Shown here: positions 36,830 to 48,592 of the stretch, piece after piece
How positions within the stretch are numbered: position 1 is the stretch's first letter
How the letters are laid out: every line of letters starts with the position of its first letter
Source of the DNA: Squalus acanthias
Lineage: Eukaryota
Reading direction: 5' to 3'
Length of the DNA stretch: 64,000 nt
NCBI GenBank assembly: GCA_030390025.1
Contig: CM059438.1
Coordinates: 62,808,001-62,872,000, forward strand
Notes under the pieces: model-generated
What the model was told of the DNA's origin: nothing
Databases searched by the model: none
The model's input: only the letters and a program-made list of their open reading frames with translations
Translations under genes and position numbers: made by a program

Positions 36830-36905
36830 AATCAATCAGCAGGGGTGACTCATTTGGCTGTAAACAAACAAACAGTATAAAAAGACCAGTGCTAGTGCGA
36901 GTCAG
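36830..36905 (+). promoter_or_regulatory. Putative internal Pol II promoter of the CR1
   Basis: TGACTCA (AP-1-like) at 36846 and TATAAAA at 36876-36882, just upstream of the repeated start motif GCGAGTCAGCAGAG. Confidence 0.5.
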
Positions 36906-37153
36906 CAGAGAGTGCTGAGTTTGGGTACATGTGAGTTCGGGTGAGTGGGGTGTAGGGTGCTCTTTTCAAACTTTAACTCTGTGGGTTGTAAGGCCTTTCT
37001 GGTGCAGAGTGACTGTTGGTAAACCATTTAACTGGTGTAATTTAGAGGGATTGATTTAATTTAAATCCAATTAATTAGAGGGGATACTAGCATCTATAAT
37101 CGGGCAGAGAGTGTCCATAACTAACAATAAAATTTTTAAATTAATTACATAGA

Positions 37154-38107
37154 ATGGAGCAGGTGATGTGTTACTGTTGCGAGATGTGGGAGCCGGTGGA
37201 CCCCATTGAGGCTCACGGAGATTACATCTGTGACAAGTGTCTGCTGCTACAGGAACTCCAGCTCCGTGTTGATGAGCTGGAGTCTGAGCTTCAGACACTG
37301 CGACACATCAGGGAGGGAGAGAAGTACCTGGACTCTGTGTTTCAGGAGGTGGTCACACCTATGAAGTTAATTAATTCAGATGTAGCCCATGGTCAGGGAC
37401 AGGATGGTGTGACTACGAGTGAGGCAGGTACGGGGATCCAGGAGGTAGTGTTGGAGGAGCCGCAGCCCTTGCTCTTGTCCAACAGGTTCGAGGTTCTTAC
37501 TCCCTGTGGGGACGGGAGCAGGGACTGCAGGGAGGATGAGCAACCTGGCCACAGCACCGTGGAACGGGGGGCCATTCAAGAGGGGGGAGTAAATAGAAAT
37601 GTTGTAGTGGTAGGGGATAGTATTATTAGGGGGATAGATAGAGTTCTCTGCAGCCGAGAGCGAGAGTCCCGTAGGCTGTGTTGCCTGCCCGGTGCCAGGG
37701 TTAAGGACATCTCCTCTGGGCTGGAAAGAAACTTGCAGTGGGAGGGGGTGGATCCAGTTGTCGTGGTCCATGTTGGTACAAACGACGTAGATAGGACAAG
37801 GAAGCCGGTTCTGTTAAAGGAGTATGAGCAGCTAGGGGTCAAATTAAAAAACAGAACCTCAAGGGTAATAATCTCTGGATTATTACCTGAGCCACGAGCG
37901 AATTTGGCTAGGACAAATAAAATTAGAGAGTTAAATGAGTGGCTCAAAGGCTGGTGTGGGAGAAATGGGTTTTGCTTCCTGGGACACTAGCACCAGTACT
38001 GGGGCAGGAGGGAGCTGTTCCATTGGGACGGGCTTCACTTGGCCAGTGCTGGGACTAGAGTCCTGGCGGATCATATAACTAGGGCTGTAGAGAGGGCTTT
38101 AAACTAA
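37154..38107 (+). pseudogene. CR1 ORF1: Cys finger, coiled coil and SGNH esterase; premature TAG at 37988-37990
   Basis: CYCCEMW..YICDKC, LQLRVDELESELQTL, VVVGDS, CLPGA, HVGTND, then DGLH in frame after the stop. Confidence 0.9.
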
Positions 38108-38142
38108 CTAGTGGGGGGAAGGTTCCTCGAGAGCAAATAAAA

Positions 38143-41088
38143 ATGACAACAGAGAAGGTCATAGACTTAGGTAGCAGTGGGGAAATTAAAAACCAGAGTG
38201 TGTCAGGAAGGGGCAGAAGGTATGGAGTAAAAGGTAAAGAAATAAAAAGAGCAAAAGCAGGAACTAAGTGTCTCAAAACATATTTGAATGTTCTCTATCT
38301 GAATGCACGTAGCATTTGTAACAAAATTGACGAGTTAATGGCACAAATAACTACATATGGGTATGATCTTGTGGCCATTACAGAAACATGGCTGCAGGGT
38401 GACAATGCCTGGGAATTAAACATACCAGGTTATTTAACGATCAGGAAGGACAGGCAGGAAGGAAGGGGAGGTGGGGTGGCTATGTTAATAAAGGAAGGAA
38501 TCGGTGTAATACAGAGAAATGATGTTGGGTCAAAAGATCAGGATAATGAAACAGTTTGGGTGGAGATAAGGAATAATAAGGGGAAAAAAAACACTAGTGG
38601 GCGTAGTCTATAGGCCTCCGAACAGTTGCAACTCTGTTGGACGGAGTATCAATCAGGAAATAGTTGAGGCTTGTAATAAGGGAACATCTATAATTATGGG
38701 GGATTTTAACTATCATATTAATTGGACAAATCAAATTGGGCAGGGCTGCCTTGAGGATGAGTTCATTGAGTGTATTAGGGATGGGTTTCTTGAGCAGTAT
38801 GTAACTGAACCGACCAGGGGGCAAGCAACCTTAGATCTGGTCCTGTGTAACGAGACAGGATTAATTAAAAATGTCCTAGTAAAGGATCCCCTTGGAATGA
38901 GTGACCATAACATGGTTGAATTCCATATTCAATTAGAGGGTGAGAAGGTTGGATCTCAAACAAGCGTGCTAAGCCTGAATAAAGGAGATTATGAAGTGTG
39001 CGAGCGGAATTGAGTAGAGTGGATTGGGAAAATAGATTAAAGGGTAAGATGATACATGATCAGTGGTGTACATTTAAGGAGTTATTTTACAACTTCCAAA
39101 AAAAATATATTCCACTGAGAAGAAAAGGGTGTAAAAGAAAAGACAGTCATCCGTGGCTAAGTAAAGAAATTAAGGATAGTATTCGACTAAAAACAAGGGC
39201 ATATAAGATAGCGAAATCTAGTGGGAGGATAGAGGATTGGGAAAACTTTAAAAGACAGCAAAAAATAACAAAGATTGATTAAGAAAGGGAAGATAGATTA
39301 TGAAAGTAAATTAGCAAAAAATATAAAAACAGATAGTAAGAGTTTTTATAGTTATATAAAAAGAAAAAGGGTGGCTAAAGTAAATGTTGGTCCCTGAGAG
39401 GATGAGACCGAGAAATTAATGGTGGGAAATATGGAGATGGCAAATACACAATGAATATTTTGTATCAGTCTTTACAGTGGAGGACACTAAGAATATCCCA
39501 ACACTGGACAAACAGGGGGCTATAAGGGGGGAGGAGCTAAACACGATCAGAATCACTAAGGAAGTGGTACTCGGTAAAATAATGGGACTCAAGGCGGATA
39601 AATCACCTGGACCCGATGGCTTACATCCTAGGGTCTTGAGGGAAGTGGCGGTAGGGATTGTGGATGCATTGGTAATAATTTTCCAGAACTCCCTGGACTC
39701 AGCAAAGATCCCGGCAGACTGGAAAACTGCTAATGTAACACCCTTATTTAAAAAGGGCAGTAGACAGAAGGCTGGAAACTATAGACCGGTTAGCCTAACA
39801 TCTGTGGTGGGTAAAATTTTGGAGTCCATTATTAAGGAGACAGTAACGGGACATTTGGATAATCATAATTTAATAGGACAAAGTCAGCATGGTTTTATGA
39901 AGGGGAAGTCATGTTTGACAAATTTGCTGGAGTTCTTTGAGGAAGTAACATACAGGGTGGATAAAGGGGAACCAGTGGATGTGGTGTATTTAGACTTCCA
40001 AAAGGCATTTGACAAGGTGCCACACAAGATTATTGCTTAAGATAAAAAATCACAGGATTGGGGGTAATATTCTGGCATGGATAGAGGATTGGCTATCTAA
40101 CAGAAGGCAGAGAGTTGGGATAAATGGTTCATTCTCAGACTGGCAATCAGTAACTAGTGGTGTTCCGCAGGGGTCAGTGCTGGGTCCCCAACTCTTTACA
40201 ATCTATATTAACGATTTGGAGGAGGGGACCGAGTGTAACATATCAAAGTTTGCAGATGATACTAAGATGGGAGGGAAAGTAGTGAGTGAGGAGGACATAA
40301 AAAATCTGCAAGGGGACATAGACAGGCTAAGTAAGTGGGCAGAGATTTGGCAGATGGAATACAATACTGGAAAGTGTGAGGTTATGCACTTTGGCAGGAA
40401 AAATAGTAGAGCAAGTTATTATCTAAATGGCAAGAAACTGGAAAGTACTGAAGTACAAAGGGATCTGGGGGTCCTGGTGCATGAAACTCAAAAGGTTAGT
40501 ATGCAGGTGCAGCAAGTGATTAAGAAGGCCAATGGAATGTTGGCTTTCATTGCTAGGGGGATAGAATATAAAAATAGGGAGGTATTGCTTCAGTTGTACA
40601 AGGTATTGGTGAGACCGCACCTGGAATACTGCATACAGTTTTGGTGTCCATACTTAAGAAAATACATACTCGCTCTCGAGTCAGTACAAAGAAGGTTCAC
40701 TCGGTTAATCCCGGGGATGAGGGGATGGACATATGAGGAGAGGTTGGGTAGATTGGGACTCTACTCATTGGAGTTCAGAAGAATGAGAGGCGATCTTATT
40801 GAAATGTATAAGATTGTGAAGGGGTTGGATCGGGTGGATGCGGGGAGGATGTTCCCGATGATGGGTGAAACTAGAACTAGGGGGCATAGTCTTAGAATAA
40901 GGGGCTGCTCTTTCAAAACTGAGATGAGAAGGAACTACTTCACTCAGAGGGTGGTAGGTCCATGGAATATGCTGCCCCAAAAAGCTGTAGAAGCTACATC
41001 ATTACATAAATTTAAAACAGAAATAGACAGTTTCCTAGAAGTAAAGGGAATTAAGGGTTACGGGGAGCGGGCAGGAATTTGGACATGA
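38143..41088 (+). pseudogene. CR1 ORF2: APE endonuclease and reverse transcriptase, several frameshifts
   Basis: YLNARS, ITETW, GGGV, VYRPP, MGDFN, SDH; KSPGPDG, YRPVSLTS, QHGF, DFQKAFD, PQGSVLGP, FADD spread across 5 ORFs. Confidence 0.95.
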
Positions 41089-41494
41089 GTCTAGGTTCGG
41101 ATCGGTCATGGCCCTGTGGGTAGCGTAGCGGGCCCAGGGACCATGTAGCCTGATCCTGCTCCTATTTCGTGTGTCCAATTCTGTTAGGTTCAGGAGATGG
41201 TTCTGTGATAGTAGATTGGCGGTTAGGATCAGATCAGCCATGATCTTATTGAATGGCGGAGCAGGCTCGAGGGGCCAGTTGGCCTACTCCTGCTCCTATT
41301 TCTTATGTTCTTATGATCTGGTTTTGCTGTCATCAACACTTCATGGAAACCAGTGAGGCGTTTATGTAAATAAACACAGACATAGAAGTCCCAGATTAGA
41401 GTATTGAGCGACAGAAATACAATAAATTTTTCCCCACCAACACAGAACAGAAATAAAGAGAGAAATGCAAATGTCTCAACGGATTCCGGATTCC

Positions 41495-41614
41495 AGCTGC
41501 CGCGTTTCCTACATTACAACAGTGACTCCACTTCAAAAAGTAATTCATTGGCTGTAAAGCGCTTTGAGATGTCTGGTGGTCGTGAAAGGCGCTATATAAA
41601 TGTAAGTCTTTTTC
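41495..41614 (+). mobile_element. Deu-domain SINE, family A, 3' remainder of 36289-36623
   Basis: AGCTGCCGCGTTTCCTACATTAC continues exactly from the break point. Confidence 0.9.
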
Positions 41615-42110
41615 AATGCAAAGCAAATTCTTTGGAAGAAAGTAGTGAGAGATTTCGCCCGCGGTGCCTCGGGGGAGTCCCTCTCACACTGCTCGAGTTT
41701 GACACCACATAGTGTCGGATATAGTACCAGTGCAGTATCAAACCTGACAATGTTTAATAAGTGTTTATGGGTTTCCCTGGACTTCTGGAACACCTTCGAA
41801 ATTTGTGCAGACTTGATTTAGGTGCTCCTACACATGCTCTCAAATATAACGGCGAGGGTGGGTTCTCTTGGCGCTGTGCGAATGTTCGTCAGAGTCCAAC
41901 AGTATGAACGAGGGGTACTGCCTGGATGTAATGCAGCACAGACAATCTTAAATTGACCTCCTGCGTGTGATTCCAGATTTTCATCCTTGATTTGCTTTAT
42001 GCCTCTTTTGTGGCCCCAGTGCCTGGGTCGTTTACACACGCTCCATCGTTTTGTGAGTGAGCGTGTCGCGTTTCCTTGAATTATTTTTCTTTTCCCCCTT
42101 TCACCTTCAG

Positions 42111-42185
42111 CCGGATGGAGGATCTCATTGGCCAGCCAGATGCACTACAGAAACCAGCTTCTGCTCCCAGAGTGGTAGTTAACAC
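42111..42185 (+). other. Candidate 75-nt exon (open frame RMEDLIGQPDALQKPASAPRVVVN), gene unknown
   Basis: Long polypyrimidine tract and CAG at 42081-42110, GTAAGT at 42186, length divisible by 3, one open frame. Confidence 0.35.
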
Positions 42186-43331
42186 GTAAGTGCAGTCTGT
42201 TCCTGCCATTACTGAAGCAGAAATTTGATGAACACATCCCATCCCTAAAAAAAAAATACAATTTATCAGTGTAAAGTTTAATTTTGTAATGCATGCATGG
42301 TATCCCAATTGATAGCAGATCCTTGGCCCTGATTGGTAAATGGCTACGTTCTTCCAACACCAGCTGTAAGTCACAGTTCTTCCTTGTTTGAATTATTCCT
42401 TTTGATGATTTTTTTGGTTTGATCTTCTCCACACACCCCACCCCCCATATTAATATTTTATTTTTTTGCCGTTTTTCATCCACGTTTTGTGGCCACAAAT
42501 TTAAACAAAAAAGATAAAATTACACAGGGTGAAATCACACTGTGCAATATTAGCTTGTTAACAGAAGAAAACTCCGTGCCAGAAAGGATGATGTGGTCCC
42601 TCAAGCTCGCTGTTGAAGCAACGGCTGTAATTATTTTTTTTTAAAGAGAATTAAAAACAATTGGTTGAAAAGAAGAATCTTATAAAGGGTTATGTATGGG
42701 GAGCAAGCAAGCTCCTGCTAACTTACAAACTCCTTCCTGCAGACTGACTGACTCCAGCCCAGTTCCAGCGGGCTCTGGCGAATTGACACCTCGTCTGAAA
42801 GCTGATTGTTAAGGGACTGTCTGTAATTATGCATACTGAAAGTGATAGGAAACAGCGTGCAAGCAGTAGAGTGGAGTTACACGAGGGGTCTTTAGGAGAA
42901 AAGCACTGTTGGACTTTGATGGGTTGAGTGGCCTGTGTTTTTTTTGTGCCGCAACTTCCTACGATCCTAAATGCACCGCGGACGATCTCGGTCGTTGACC
43001 TCTCTGGTGTGCGACAGTTCCAGATTTCCGCCCTTGATTTACTTAATGCTTCGTTTGTGCCACAAGTACCTGGGCCGCTTACGTGCGCTCCTTCATTTTG
43101 TGAGTGTGGGAGTGTCCTGTTCCCTTGAATTGTTTTCTCCTTCCTCCTCCAGACAGATGGAGGCTCTTACTTGGCTGCCAGATGCACTACAGAGACCAGC
43201 AGGGCTGCTTGGGTGACGGTTTCAGATTGTGGTATTGCCACAAAACGACAACCGCAGAGGTCTCGAAACCATTACTATCTAGTCACAATAACTAGTTCAA
43301 TGTATGAGACCTGCTTTCGTATCTGCACAGT

Positions 43332-43675
43332 ACAACAACTTGTATTTATATAGCGCCTTTAACGTAGTAAAACGTCCCAAGGCGCTTCACAAGACATAAA
43401 ATTTTGACACCGAGCCACATAAGGATAAATTAGGGCAGGTGACCAAAAGCTTGGTCAAAGAGGTAGGTTTTAAGGAGCGTCTTCAAGGAGGAAAGAGAGG
43501 TAGGGAGGCGGACAAGTTTAGGCAGGGAATTCCAGAGTTTAGGGCCTAGGCAACAGAAGGCACGGCCACCAATGGTTGAGCGATTATAATCAGGGATGCT
43601 CAAGAGGGCAGAATTAGAGGAGCGCAGATATCTCGGGTGGTGGGTGGGGGGCTGAAGGAGATTACAGAGATAGGG
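43332..43675 (-). mobile_element. L2-like LINE 3' end
   Basis: ACAACAACTTGTATTTATATAGCGCCTTT tail; reverse-complement match to 58880-59235. Confidence 0.8.
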
Positions 43676-44169
43676 ATTCAGTAATTACAGAAAGGTCAAT
43701 GGCAAACAAAGTACGTGTATTGGAATTATTGTTTCAGTATTGAGCTTGAAAACGGCTGTGGTAAAGAGCTACAGCAGCTTTAATTTAGTAAAAGTTAGCA
43801 AATCCAGCTGGCAGCATATTTGAGGTGCTGGTCACAGAGGAAGGTGGCACAGTCCTGCGAGTGCATGGCATGTTGTGCCTGAAGTGCAGAGAACTTATGT
43901 TGAACGTGTTTTAGAGTTCATTAAAATCTAGGAATAAATAATAAATAGATTTTGTACGGTTGGAAACGACTTTTCTGTTGTGCTAACTTACAAACTCCCT
44001 CCTGCAGATTGACTGACTCCAGCCCAGTTCCAGCGGGCTCTAGCGAATTGATACCTTGTCCGAAAACTGATTGTTAAGGGGCTGTTCGGAAGTGTGCATT
44101 CTCAAACTGATTAGAAACGCAAACGCTGACGCTCACCGAAGCAAGGGAACATTTTTAAGTGCACATAAC

Positions 44170-44402
44170 TACGTAGAATTACATAGAATTTTACAGCTCA
44201 GAAACAGGCCATTCAGCCCAACAAGTCTATGCCGGTGTTTATGCTCCACACGAGCCTCCTCCCACCCTACTTCATCTCACCCCATCAACATATCCCCCTA
44301 TTCCTTTCTCCCTCACGTGCTTATCTAGCTTCCCTTTTAATGTGTCTATGCTCGTCGCCCCAACCACTTCATGTGGTAGCGCGTTCCACTTTCTCACCTC
44401 TG
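44170..44402 (-). mobile_element. CR1 3' end
   Basis: Minus strand WNALPHEVV..LKGKLDKH plus tail. Confidence 0.8.
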
Positions 44403-45359
44403 TGTCCACAAAGAGAACTGTGATTATCTTTAGTATAACTGTATCAGCACAGGCAGGATATACAATTTTCCCAGCTAGTTTGAGAAAAGCGTAGCCACGA
44501 ATGTCGGAACAAGTCATCCTGCTTGATCTTTGAACAATGGTCGTTGTTTGACGGGGGGGAAAAATAACGAGGCATTTTTGTATTTAGCACTTCTGTAGTT
44601 ACAGTTGCAGGAGTGTAACATCTGTGCATCGGCTTTGCATGTTTATCTTGCTGCAGTCGGCTCTGTTATTGCAGCTGCAGAATTGTAGAGCCACAACTTT
44701 TACAGTTCTGCTGTTCAGAGAGCTGGTGGCAACAATGCAAATGTTGGAGCCAGTTTACGGGGGTAATCGTTCCCCGAACTGGGCTACTGAATGTAAAAGT
44801 GCTTGTAGAAAATAGGGGACAGGGTGTTGTGGCAGCAAACTGAAATCAAACCGCATTCTTTGACTTGTTCGGTAGGCTTGGGCTGCTCTCAGTGCCGTGC
44901 TTCAGATATGGTCTTCAGTTGGGCTTATTCATCATGGGCCAAACTCCTCCCATCAACCTTCCTGCATAGCAAAGGCCATGACGTAGGTAACAATAGCTGG
45001 ACTTTGGGTTCTGACTGAACAGTTCCTTTGTCCACTCCTAAATGTCTGATCCGATATCAGTGCTGCCATAGTTTGAATTTGCAAACGTGTGTATTTAATC
45101 AGCCAGCTGGAGTTTAGTTCCCACACAGTAGTGCTGGCTGGTACAAAGAGCTGGGTGGAAACTGCAGGTTTTTAAAAAATAAAAAAAATATCCTTTTACC
45201 GATTCAACTATCCCAAGGGTGAGTGTAGTGGTGCGCAAAGAGTTAAAACTTTTCCATTTTAAATCGATCATACAGAGCTGTGTTTATGCTAAAAGCGTTA
45301 ACTCTTCATGCACTCAGTGAATGTGGCTGGTGCCAACCAATCTCTCATCTCGCTGAGTA

Positions 45360-45815
45360 ACATACATAGATACATAGATACATAGAAGATAGGAGCAGGA
45401 GTAGGCCATCCGGCCCTTCGAGCCTGCTCCGCCATTTAATGAGATCATGGCTGATCCTCCAATTCAGTATCCCGTCCCCGCCTTCTCTCCGTAACCCTTA
45501 ACCCCTTTTGCCTGTAGAAATATATCTAATTCCCTCTTAAATATATTTAATGAGCTGGCGTACACTGCCCTCTGTGGCAATGAGTTCCACAGGTTCACCA
45601 CCCTCTGAGTGAAGAAATTCCCCCTCATTTCTGTCCTAAATGGTTTAGCCCTTATCCTTAAATTATGTCCTCTAGTTCTGTTCTCACCCGCCAAGGGAAA
45701 CATTCCTTCTGCATCTAGTCTGTCTAGACCTGTCAGAATTTTATACACTTCTATGAGGTCCCCTCTCAATCTTCTAAACTCCAGTGTGTACATCCCTAAA
45801 CTACATAGTCTCTCC
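45360..45815 (-). mobile_element. CR1 3' fragment
   Basis: ORF 45464-45817 RT C-terminus; (ACATAGAT)n tail on plus strand. Confidence 0.9.
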
Positions 45816-45929
45816 ACATGTCAGATAGGTCCAGTATTGAAATGTGAGGGAAAAAACCCGAACGTCACCCAGCGAAGTGTGCAGATCTTTTTTTTTGTTT
45901 CTTTTCTTTACAAGCTCACACCTGCCCTT

Positions 45930-46200
45930 TGACCTGTAATAGGGTGAAGGGAGGGTCAGGGTGCATGAAGGCCAGAATTGGGGGACCGGAGGCTGCAGGA
46001 GGGGATTCAAAACCGAAAGGAGGTTGCAGACATATGGTGGGGCGAGGACATGGGGGGGTGGGGGGGGGGAATTACTAGATGAGGACAAGGATTCTAAATG
46101 AAATGTGTTTGGGGGATAGAGAACCACTGTACGCCAACAAGGACATGGATACAGGTGGCTGTGCTGAATCCTCAATTCTTTTCTGAGTTGGACTTTGAAT
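45930..46200 (-). mobile_element. Decayed L2-like fragment
   Basis: Reverse similarity to 24000-24400. Confidence 0.45.
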
Positions 46201-46828
46201 AAAGAAGCTGTTCGCCAGACACTATTTCTCAACTTCGTGTTGATTGTTAAGACTTCCCAATTTCTGTCTGTGACAGTTCCATGGTTTCTCCATTGAGGGG
46301 CATGATGTCGATCGAATGGTATATTTCTGTTACCAGCTGCTTTTACACTGGAGTTACTGGGGCCTTTGCCCTGCTGGTTCCTGAAGCATGGATCTTCTGC
46401 GGCTGATGACACATCCTATGTAAATGTGGTGTATTTACTCATGATTCTGGCGTGTTTGCAGTGGTGTGCCTGAGACCTGCGTTTTAGGAATCACCCACTG
46501 ACACCGATATAAAATCCATCAGTGTTAATAGTAATAAAATTCTTCAGTTCTGCAGTTTTATTCCTCTCATCCAGCGCCTTTCATATATCTACTATTATTA
46601 GATGTGCAACCTGCACCATTCCCTATCCGTCTGCCTCCCCTTCACATCTCTAATAGAAGCTTGAAACGCACACACTTACCTACCTGACATGCCTGCCTCC
46701 CCTTTGAATGCAGCTTCGTTGCCCCTTGTTGCATACGTTATTGAAATGTTCTCCAATCAGCACTGTGCCAATAGAAATCGGAAACCGCTGCAGTATCTAA
46801 TAAAACTTTGAGTAACCAGAAACAGGTA

Positions 46829-47073
46829 CAGTAAACTCTTGTTTAAACGGCACTTAATCATCCGGAATTCTTTAATAACCAGCAAAATAGATAACCGGTA
46901 ATCTTGCCGAATCCATCCATTTTTCGTTTTTCCGAGTTTCCTGCGGTGGCCGAGTTAGTCCGTGGTTTTTATTTTTTTTGTGTTAAAAATTGCCTACCTC
47001 TCTGTTATCCGGAATTTTTCATCAACTGGCACCATCCTGGTCCCATAGGTGCCGGATACGAAAGAGTTTACTG
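46829..47073. mobile_element. Tc1/mariner (Tigger/pogo-like) MITE
   Basis: TA|CAGTAAACTCTT...AAGAGTTTACTG|TA. Confidence 0.85.
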
Positions 47074-47223
47074 TATACTGTGCAAAATCCAAATGACTGT
47101 AAGCATGTACAACAGTGCCACAGTACAAGTGTGGCAATGAAACCATGTAGCATTGGGAGCAGGGGACATATGTGATGTTCGGCAACACATTTCCCTCATG
47201 CACACCTTAATACAAAACACCAT

Positions 47224-47965
47224 GGCCCGGAATTTGCGGTCAGCGGCGAATCGAAGGAGTTCACTGCTGGTCCCTGAAGAAAGCTGCTCGCCGCTGTGGC
47301 GAGAAGCTTGCCTTTATTGACGCGCGTGTGATTTCAGTGAAGTGGAGTGGGCATCCCGAGTGCGATCTGCTGTGACGCCAACAAGCTGTCTCAGCAGCCA
47401 ATCACATTGTAGAATTTTCACAGACTGGGAAGCAGGCAAAGAGAAGCTGCTTTTATCCTGACTTTTTAAAAATGTTACAGTGAGCAAAGTAAAGATTGGG
47501 GCTCTCGCATGGGGATAAGGTAGAACCTGAAATATCATCAACAAACTTTTCAAAAAAAAAAATTTCTTAAAAATTGTAATTTTTATCATAATGGAGAAAT
47601 TTGACACCCAACCAAAAAATTTAATTCGTTTTTCAGGGCCATAATGTTAGTTTAGCAGTCAATACGCTGTTAAAACCTCAGTTACACCTAATTCAAAAAG
47701 GCCTAACATTTAATGGGGTATTTAACAGTGATATTACCACGGAAAAGCTCAGGATTTCGCTGATTGCCAGCTATTGTTGGGGGTGGGGGGGGGGGGGGTG
47801 GTTTTAACAGCGCAGCCAGTGTCGGAGCAGTGAATGACTGACCGCAACTTCAGGATTTCCGCTTTTAGATGCGCATGCGCTACATCCTGAAGTTGCGGTC
47901 AGTTTCAAAGGGGTAATAACAGCGAACGCTGTTAGTTAGTTATTACCCACCGCAAATTCTGGCCC
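47224..47965. mobile_element. Harbinger-type MITE, 742 bp
   Basis: TIR GGCCCGGAATTTGCGGT / ACCGCAAATTCTGGCCC; TSD CAT. Confidence 0.8.
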
Positions 47966-48592
47966 CATGTATTCTGAATGAACAAATATGACCGCCTGTA
48001 TGTAATAAAATGGATGAGCTATGAAAATTTGATTCTAACAATAGGCTGCACATTCAACATGTGAAGCCCATATTCAAATGCTTCCAATACTTTAAGTGTG
48101 TAGAATAACTTTTAAAGGCCAAGAGTTTTAACATTGCTACTTTTGAGCAGGATCTTTTACTTTAACTCGGCGAAAACCACAAGGTGTTCAGCTTGTGATG
48201 CACCCGAGAAATAAAAGGAAACTGTAACAGTGTTTCCCCCTCAATTGGCTGAAATATCGCTTTCTCCACCAAACAGTATTGCATGGCTTCAGATGTGCAT
48301 TTCTTAGCTCAGACCACGATGTGTTCCGCTAGCTGGGCCAGATAAATTTATCTCTGTAACCTCAACGTCCTGGAATGACGGAAACGGAATCCCAGCAATT
48401 GCAGTTAGGCAGGCCTGTCCGTTCAGCGTCCCTGTGCCACTTCTAGCTCTTCAGCTGGAGCTTTCTACTGTTATTCCACTTCCATGCCTTTTCCCCACAT
48501 CCTTTTTTATTCTGCCTTTTGCAAGAGTTATCCATTTCCCTTTTTAAATGCAAATATCTCTGGCACAGTAAACATTTGTGTTAAATCATTCC

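Larger units (their letters stand above)
36622..41315 (+). mobile_element. Near full-length CR1 LINE, disrupted
   Basis: 5' UTR, ORF1, ORF2 and (TTCTTATG)n tail, inserted inside a SINE. Confidence 0.95.
41890..44120 (+). repeat. Old, diverged tandem duplication of about 1 kb
   Basis: Block A about 41930-42160 matches 42970-43200; block B 42716-42855 matches 43981-44120, in the same order. Confidence 0.75.

Noticed and set aside
36622..41315. Active autonomous LINE
   Set aside because: ORF1 has a premature stop and ORF2 has several frameshifts, although some at homopolymers could be sequencing errors
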